Shown here: positions 26,417 to 32,000 of the stretch, in pieces
Layout: every line of letters begins with the position of its first letter
How positions within the stretch are numbered: the stretch's first letter is position 1
From: Nostoc punctiforme PCC 73102
Lineage (GTDB): Bacteria; Cyanobacteriota; Cyanobacteriia; Cyanobacteriales; Nostocaceae
Reading direction: 5' to 3'
Assembly: GCF_000020025.1 (NCBI RefSeq)
Contig: NC_010628.1
Location: 3,660,001 to 3,692,000 of the forward strand
DNA: 32,000 bases
The notes under the pieces: generated by a model
Told to the model about the DNA's origin: nothing
Seen by the model: only the letters and a program-made list of their open reading frames with translations
Database searches by the model: none
Made by a program: the position numbers and the translations under genes

Positions 26417-26887
26417 ATGGCACTCGTTCGTTGGGAACCTTTCCGAGAAGTTGAAAGTTTGCAGCGGCAGTTAAACCGCTTGTTTGATGAGATAGCACCG
26501 ACAGGTCGTAGAGAAGAGGAAGGCATTGCCTTTATTCCCTCCGCAGAGATTCAAGAAACCCCCGATGCGGTTCATCTCAAGGTAGAAATTCCCGGTGTAG
26601 ACCCCAAAGACCTAGATGTGCAGGTATCGCCAGAGGCAGTGTCTATTTCTGGTGAGCGGAAATCAGAAATCAAAACGGAAGAAAGAGGCATCACCCGCAC
26701 CGAATTCCGCTATGGCAGGTTTCAGCGCGTAATTCCGTTGCCTAGCCGTGTCCAGCATGACAAAGTAGAAGCAGAATACAAAGATGGCATTCTCAAGCTG
26801 AGGCTGCCCAAGGCTGAAGAAGATAGAAATAAGGTTGTGAAAGTAAACTTAGGTGACGGGCACAGGGGCAACGGGCAAGGGCAGTGA
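26417..26887 (+). CDS. hspA: Small heat-shock protein, Hsp20/alpha-crystallin family
   Basis: 156 aa. MALVRWEPFREVESLQRQLNRLFDE, alpha-crystallin core ...VHLKVEIPGVDPKDLDVQV...LKLRLPK. RBS AGGAG lies 11 nt upstream. Confidence 0.9.
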   Translation: MALVRWEPFREVESLQRQLNRLFDEIAPTGRREEEGIAFIPSAEIQETPDAVHLKVEIPGVDPKDLDVQVSPEAVSISGERKSEIKTEERGITRTEFRYGRFQRVIPLPSRVQHDKVEAEYKDGILKLRLPKAEEDRNKVVKVNLGDGHRGNGQGQ

Positions 26888-26932
26888 CGCAATGATTCCC
26901 AAAGCACTCCCTTAAGAGCAGGAGGTGACAAT

Positions 26933-27475
26933 ATGATAACAACAGCAACGGGCGAACTTAGCCTCCCAGTTAGCGATCGCGACCATATCCGAGGGCCAAA
27001 AAACGCACCCGTCACCCTCGTGGAATACAGCGACTATGAGTGTCCCTATTGCGGTCGTGCCCATTTCATCGTCAAAGAACTCCAGCAGTTGACCGGGGAT
27101 CTCATGCGCTTTGTCTACCGCCACTTCCCGTTAACTAGCGTGCATCCCCACGCCGAGCAGGCAGCAGAAGCAGCAGAGGCAGCTGGGGCGCAAGGTAAGT
27201 TCTGGGAGATGCACAACCATCTCTTAGAACATCAACAGGCGCTCGATCGCAAACATCTAATAGAATATGCCGCTAACCTCGGTCTTGATGTGCCTCGGTT
27301 TAGTCACGAACTCGCCGAGCACGCCCACGTAGCCAGGATACGCGAAGACTTACTCAGCGGAATCCAGAGCGGGGTCAACGGCACGCCGACTTTTTTCATC
27401 AACGGTGTGCGCCACGATGGCTCTTACGACCTCCGCTCATTGTTAGCCGCGATTCAAAACGCAGCCGAATCCTGA
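26933..27475 (+). CDS. DsbA-family thioredoxin-fold protein (cytoplasmic type)
   Basis: 180 aa. CPYC active site in VEYSDYECPYCGRAH, GTPTFFINGVRH near the C-terminus, and no signal peptide. RBS GGAGG. Confidence 0.8.
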   Translation: MITTATGELSLPVSDRDHIRGPKNAPVTLVEYSDYECPYCGRAHFIVKELQQLTGDLMRFVYRHFPLTSVHPHAEQAAEAAEAAGAQGKFWEMHNHLLEHQQALDRKHLIEYAANLGLDVPRFSHELAEHAHVARIREDLLSGIQSGVNGTPTFFINGVRHDGSYDLRSLLAAIQNAAES

Positions 27476-27732
27476 GTGCTAAGGAGCCAGAGGGCAGAAG
27501 GTTCAAGGATAGATTCTTCCCTCTGCCAAAAGGTCACAAGCCCACGCCAGTTTGCTCAAGTCGGGAAACCCTTACTTTCAGAAGCCGTTGTTAAATCCCC
27601 TAAATTTATTTATGGGGATTCCCCTTCTGCCCTCTGCCTCCTACCCTCTGCCTTCTTAATACCATTTATTCAACTTGTCCTGAATCCAGACTCTCAATTT
27701 CTTATCCCAATCTTTGAAGGAGGTTGCTAACG

Positions 27733-29622
27733 ATGGCAAAAATCGTTGGTATTGATTTAGGAACTACCAACTCCTGTATAGCTGTAATGGAGGGCGGACA
27801 ACCCGTCGTCATTCCGAACACAGAAGGCGGTCGCACAACTCCGTCTGTGGTTGCCTACACCAAGAAGGGCGAAAAACTTGTCGGGCAAATTGCCAAGCGC
27901 CAGGGTGTAATGAACCCAGAAAACACTTTTTATTCTGTGAAGCGGTTCATCGGGCGCAGGTATGATGAAGTTACGCAAGAGGCAAAACAAGTTACTTACA
28001 AAGTGGTACGTGACAGTAATGGCAATGTCAAGCTACACTGTCCCGCTCTGAACAAGGAATTTTCACCCGAAGAAATCTCGGCTGAGGTAGTCCGCAAGCT
28101 GATAGATGATGCCAGCACATATCTGGGGGAACCGGTGAGGCAAGCGGTAATTACCACCCCTGCCTATTTCAATGACTCTCAAAGGCAGGCGACCAAAGAT
28201 GCCGGTAGAATTGCTGGGATTGAAGTTCTGCGAATTATCAACGAGCCAACGGCGGCTGCCCTCGCCTACGGACTTGACAAGAAAACTAACGAAACCATCC
28301 TAGTCTTTGACTTAGGTGGTGGGACGTTTGACGTGTCTATCCTAGAAGTGGGTGATGGTGTGTTTGAAGTGAAAGCTACCAGTGGCGACACCCACTTGGG
28401 CGGTGATGACTTTGATAAGAGAATCGTAGACTGGCTAGCAACCGAATTCCAGCGCAACGAAGGCATCGATCTGCGTAAAGACAAACAAGCCCTGCAACGC
28501 CTCACCGAAGCAGCAGAAAAAGCCAAAATTGAACTTTCAAGCGCAACACAAACGAACATTAACTTACCTTTTATTACCGCAACCCCGGAAGGCCCGAAAC
28601 ATCTAGATATGACCTTAACGCGGGTACAGTTCGAGCAAATGTGCGCCGACTTGTTCGATCGCAGCCGCATTCCTGTCGAACAAGCCCTGCGCGATGCTAA
28701 ACTGAGTCCCGCAGATATTGACGAAGTAATCCTAGTGGGTGGTGCAACTCGAATGCCGGCTGTCCAGCAACTGGTACGGCAGATAATAGGCAAAGATCCA
28801 CACCAGGGTGTCAACCCGGATGAAGTCGTAGCAGTGGGTGCAGCGATTCAGGCGGGTGTGCTTGGGGGTGAGGTAAAAGACGTACTGCTCCTAGATGTCA
28901 CGCCGTTGTCGCTGGGTGTTGAAACTCTAGGTGGTGTGACGACCAAGATTATTCCGCGCAATACCACTGTCCCAGTGAAGAAATCTGAGGTGTTCTCAAC
29001 GGCGGCTGACGCACAAACAAACGTAGAAATCCATGTTCTGCAAGGTGAACGCGAAATGGCATCCGACAACAAGAGCCTGGGAACCTTCCGACTAGATGGG
29101 ATTCCTCCAGCTCCCAGAGGTATGCCACAGATCGAAGTTACCTTTGACATTGATGCTAACGGGATTCTGTCAGCAACTGCCAGAGAAAAAGCCACAGGTA
29201 AAGAACAGTCCATTAGCATCACAGGTGCGTCCACCCTCGACAAATCTGAAGTCGAGCGGATGGTGAAAGAAGCCGAGCGCAATGCGGAAGAAGACCGTAG
29301 GCGGCGCGAACAAATTGATACCAAAAACATGGCAGATTCTGTTGCCTATCAAGCCGAGAAACAACTTCAGGATTTGGGCGACAAAGTGCCACCAGCAGAC
29401 AAGTCCCGCGTGGAAAGCTTAATTCGAGACTTGCGTCAGGCAATTGAGCAGAACAACATTGATCGCATGAAGTCCCTCACCAACGAAATTCAACAAGGCC
29501 TAATGCAAATCGGCACTGCGGTCTACTCACAAGCAGGTGCATCTCCAAACGGTGGTACTTCTACAGACCGTCAAGGCGGCGGTGAAGATGTCATCGATGC
29601 AGACTTTGTGGAACAAAAGTAA
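27733..29622 (+). CDS. dnaK: Molecular chaperone DnaK (Hsp70)
   Basis: 629 aa from ATG 27733 (the ORF track starts at TTG 27724). RBS GAAGGAGG lies at 27715-27722. Contains [18 protein letters not shown], and the EEVD-less cyanobacterial tail ...DADFVEQK. Confidence 0.95.
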   Translation: MAKIVGIDLGTTNSCIAVMEGGQPVVIPNTEGGRTTPSVVAYTKKGEKLVGQIAKRQGVMNPENTFYSVKRFIGRRYDEVTQEAKQVTYKVVRDSNGNVKLHCPALNKEFSPEEISAEVVRKLIDDASTYLGEPVRQAVITTPAYFNDSQRQATKDAGRIAGIEVLRIINEPTAAALAYGLDKKTNETILVFDLGGGTFDVSILEVGDGVFEVKATSGDTHLGGDDFDKRIVDWLATEFQRNEGIDLRKDKQALQRLTEAAEKAKIELSSATQTNINLPFITATPEGPKHLDMTLTRVQFEQMCADLFDRSRIPVEQALRDAKLSPADIDEVILVGGATRMPAVQQLVRQIIGKDPHQGVNPDEVVAVGAAIQAGVLGGEVKDVLLLDVTPLSLGVETLGGVTTKIIPRNTTVPVKKSEVFSTAADAQTNVEIHVLQGEREMASDNKSLGTFRLDGIPPAPRGMPQIEVTFDIDANGILSATAREKATGKEQSISITGASTLDKSEVERMVKEAERNAEEDRRRREQIDTKNMADSVAYQAEKQLQDLGDKVPPADKSRVESLIRDLRQAIEQNNIDRMKSLTNEIQQGLMQIGTAVYSQAGASPNGGTSTDRQGGGEDVIDADFVEQK

Positions 29623-29807
29623 CAAGACGCAGCGAGCAGTCCGTTGCTCTGGTTCTCAGAGTTAAAGGAACTGCTTTAGCGAGCCTGCGCGCGTCACCCT
29701 CTGGGTAACACAGTGAAATTCTCAAATACTCTCTTCCTATCCCCGCGTCCTTAAATCTGCGCCACATTTCGTGATGTTATCTAGTTTTTTAATTTGGAGT
29801 AATTTTT

Positions 29808-30581
29808 ATGACTTCTACATCTGAAAAAACCGCCCTCAAAAGTGTCTCTGCTATCATCAAAGATGAGAAGAAGATGCAAGAAGTGGTTGAGCGTCTAATC
29901 GATCGCGGTATTCCCAAAGATCACATTTCGATTATTGGTCGCAATTTCCACGCCGAAACTCGCATCTCCGGATTTGTGACTAAAGAAGATGTGATCTTGG
30001 ATGGACTCGCCACCGGAGCGATTTTTGGATCGCTGTTTGGTTCTCTGTTGGCTTTACTTACGGGTGTGGGTGTGTTGTTCATTCCCTTTTTGGGAACCGT
30101 AGTAGCAGCAGGCCCTTTGGGAGCAGCATTATTAGGAGCGGCAGGTGGTGCTTTATATGGTTCCTTGGGAGCAGGTATTGGATCTGCCTTAATCGCAATG
30201 GGTATGCCGGAGGACAAAGCTGCTATTTACGAAACACGCCTGAAAGCAGGTGAGTTTTTACTGGTCGCGGAAGTGCCACAAGAACAAGCAGACGAAGTTG
30301 TCTCACTGTTAGAAAGTGCGGGTGCGGAAGAAGTCGCTATCACTGACATGAAGATTCCCCGTCAACCAAAAGGTGAACTGGCAGATAATGAGCAGATTTC
30401 ACCAGAAATTAGAGCAAATCTGTCGGACGACGCGCAAAAAACTTTTGTTGATACCTACAATCGGTCGTTCAGAGAAGCCAATGGAAAAGATAATGCCTTG
30501 ACTAAGGCTTGGGATCGGGTGAAACAGGTGTTCGATCGCGACGAAAAAGGCACTTATTCCAGGTCTAAAGTCAGATCGTAA
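29808..30581 (+). CDS. Glycine-zipper membrane stress protein (DUF1269/GSP-like) with C-terminal ChaB-like domain
   Basis: 257 aa. N-terminal GIPKDHISIIG. Gly-rich TM region GAIFGSLFGSLLALLTGVGVLFIP...GAAGGALYGSLGAGIGSALIAMGMPEDKAAIYE. C-terminal LSDDAQKTFVDTYNRSFRE...ALTKAWDRVKQVFDRDEKGTY resembles ChaB. Confidence 0.65.
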   Translation: MTSTSEKTALKSVSAIIKDEKKMQEVVERLIDRGIPKDHISIIGRNFHAETRISGFVTKEDVILDGLATGAIFGSLFGSLLALLTGVGVLFIPFLGTVVAAGPLGAALLGAAGGALYGSLGAGIGSALIAMGMPEDKAAIYETRLKAGEFLLVAEVPQEQADEVVSLLESAGAEEVAITDMKIPRQPKGELADNEQISPEIRANLSDDAQKTFVDTYNRSFREANGKDNALTKAWDRVKQVFDRDEKGTYSRSKVRS

Positions 30582-30589
30582 ATTTCCAG

Positions 30590-30826
30590 AGTTGCGATCC
30601 AGAGCAAACGCTGAGGTTGTTGAAAGACGCTCGCACTCAACTTAAGTTGGCTCAAGAACTGGGCTACGCCAGAAGTAATCCTGAGTATGCAGAACTTGAG
30701 CAGGCAATCAAAAATCTGGAGCGGCAAGTTAAGGCAAGTGAGAAAACCACAGACGCATTTGCCAAGCTTCAGGAAAGATTCTCTAGTTTCTTCAATAAGG
30801 TATCCGCAGCCATCAATCCAGCTTAA
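30590..30826 (+). pseudogene. C-terminal fragment of a YfdX-like paralogue
   Basis: CDPEQTLRLLKDARTQLKLAQELGYARSNPEYAELEQAIKNLERQVKASEKT..FSSFFNKVS parallels residues ~205-285 of the next gene. It has no N-terminal part and no RBS. It starts 9 nt after the upstream stop codon. Confidence 0.7.
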
Positions 30827-30984
30827 TGAAGGTAGAAGGCAGGTGGTCACTGAGCGTAGCCGAAGTGAGGCAGAAGGCAGGAGTTAGTTATTCTTACCCT
30901 TTCCCCGTCTCTAGTCTCCCTCATCTCCCTTGTCCCATACTTCAATCGAGGCGCAAAACAAGTTAACAAATCAGGAGAATAATT

Positions 30985-31842
30985 ATGAACGCCCAAACAT
31001 CGAATCCACAAGATAATCGCGATCAGCAAGAAGATGCTCGTAATCAGCAAGAGATTGACAACGAGAGACAAAAGGCAACAGATGAAGCTCAAAGATGCGT
31101 AGATCAAGAAGCAGTTTCCGCGCTCAAAGAAACTCGAAATGCAATTAATGCCATTGACCAGGGAAATACTCAAGAAGCACTTCAAGCTTTAGAACGAGCA
31201 ACAGGAAAACTTGAAATTCTAGTAGCACGATACCCTGAACTGGGTTTTGTTCCTGTGTCGGCTCAAGTAAATATAATCGATCTTGCTCCTGACGATTCTA
31301 ATGAGATTGAGCAAATTCGTAATCAAATTAAGAGTACTGTGAATGAGGATGATTTTCGTACTGCTCGTCAACTGTTGAACAGCCTGGTGAGCGAGATTCG
31401 CACAACAATCTTTAATCTGCCACTAGCGACATATCCTGATGCTATGAAGGAAGCAGCCCGGTTGTTGAACGAAGGTAAAACCGATGAAGCCAAAACGGTG
31501 CTGCAACTTGCCCTCTCAACCCTAGTGGTGACAGAAGTTGCTCGACCCCTACCGCTGCTTAGAGCCGATATTGACATAATGAGTGCAGTTGCTATAGCAG
31601 ACAGCGATCGCGAAGGAACGCTGAGGTTGCTGGAAGATGCTCGCAACCATCTCAGGTTGACTCAACAACTGGGCTATGCCAAAGGCGATCCTGAGTATGC
31701 AGAACTTGAGCAGGCAATCCAAGATATCGAGCGGCAAGTTAGGGCAAACGAGAGAACCGCAGACCCATTGAGTCGGCTCCTGGAAAAATTCTCTAGTTTC
31801 TTCAAACGTATATCCGGAACCGCCCCCGCCCAACCAGCTTGA
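30985..31842 (+). CDS. YfdX-like helical repeat protein (no signal peptide)
   Basis: 285 aa. RBS AGGAG. Two helical repeats of the type ...AINAIDQGNTQEALQALERATGKLEILV... and ...LPLATYPDAMKEAARLLNEGKTDEAKTVLQLALSTLVV... fit my recollection of the YfdX family. Family assignment is uncertain. Confidence 0.55.
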   Translation: MNAQTSNPQDNRDQQEDARNQQEIDNERQKATDEAQRCVDQEAVSALKETRNAINAIDQGNTQEALQALERATGKLEILVARYPELGFVPVSAQVNIIDLAPDDSNEIEQIRNQIKSTVNEDDFRTARQLLNSLVSEIRTTIFNLPLATYPDAMKEAARLLNEGKTDEAKTVLQLALSTLVVTEVARPLPLLRADIDIMSAVAIADSDREGTLRLLEDARNHLRLTQQLGYAKGDPEYAELEQAIQDIERQVRANERTADPLSRLLEKFSSFFKRISGTAPAQPA

Positions 31843-32000
31843 TGAAGGTGAAGGTACAAGGCAGGTGGTCACTGAGCGTAGCCGTTGGCGTAGCCTCTCG
31901 TACAGAAGTGAGGCAGGAGGCGAGAAGAGAATAGGGAGATAGGGAGAATCAAGAGTAATTTTAGTCTTTTCTGCTCTGCCCCTCCGCCCCCCTGCTCCCT

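Noticed and set aside
27662-27723. Whether the dnaK upstream region carries the groES/hspA 30-bp motif.
   Set aside because: Only scattered similarity is present (AACTT..., ...ATTTCTT). No alignment keeps the CTCAGA-N4-CCTTAGATTT core, so dnaK appears to use a different promoter.
27476-27730. 84-aa plus-strand ORF between the DsbA-like gene and dnaK.
   Set aside because: It lies in the dnaK promoter and repeat region, which is partly duplicated at 7884-7954. It has a GTG-type start with no RBS and low-complexity sequence.
28266-29330. Long minus-strand ORFs (182 aa and 160 aa) antisense to dnaK. Similar ones lie antisense to groEL (24553-24834, 25339-25966) and to the regulator (10732-11331).
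   Set aside because: They are shadow ORFs opposite strongly supported genes. Their composition is S/R/P/A-rich and low-complexity. They have no RBS and no recognisable motifs.
30847-31185. 112-aa minus-strand hydrophobic ORF overlapping the YfdX-like gene start.
   Set aside because: It is antisense to a better-supported gene that has a good RBS. Its hydrophobicity arises from the complement of a K/E/Q-rich coding region.

Overview
The window looks like DNA from a filamentous (Nostocales-type) cyanobacterium. HIP1 octamers (GCGATCGC) are frequent. 7-8 nt tandem repeats and nested small dispersed repeats (SDRs) fill intergenic DNA and also sit inside ORFs. Contents from left to right: (1) ordinary genes: a Na+/H+ antiporter, a small exported protein, a saccharopine-dehydrogenase-like enzyme and a CrtD/CrtH-like FAD oxidoreductase. 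(2) About 4 kb of decayed DNA: IS4 and IS982 remnants, an alcohol-dehydrogenase tail, and a truncated, interrupted copy of the dnaK promoter and 5' end. (3) An orphan flavodoxin gene behind about 400 bp of very AT-rich DNA. (4) A 710-aa REC-wHTH-HPt-REC-REC protein whose central linker is encoded by repeat DNA, then an IS630 copy and a CheY-like regulator. (5) A promoter-to-terminator unit with no convincing ORF, a frameshifted HNH gene and two odd tRNA-like genes. (6) A membrane protein followed by an accessory gnd-zwf pair. (7) A decayed GmrSD-like gene next to a GC-rich DUF1931-like gene. (8) A 9-kb same-strand stress island: IS-split groES, groEL, hspA, a DsbA-like protein, dnaK, a ChaB-domain membrane protein, and a YfdX-like gene preceded by a truncated copy of itself. 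The most interesting signals are: a type-II tRNA-Ser(UGA)-like gene that folds better as a non-canonical 8/4 cloverleaf; a 30-bp motif shared upstream of groES and hspA, with its 20-bp core also upstream of the gnd-zwf operon; repeat DNA kept in frame inside coding sequence; mosaic identity between the two dnaK copies; and an IS-groES chimeric ORF. I saw no CRISPR array and no rRNA. All family assignments come from recognising motifs by eye. No database search or folding program was run.
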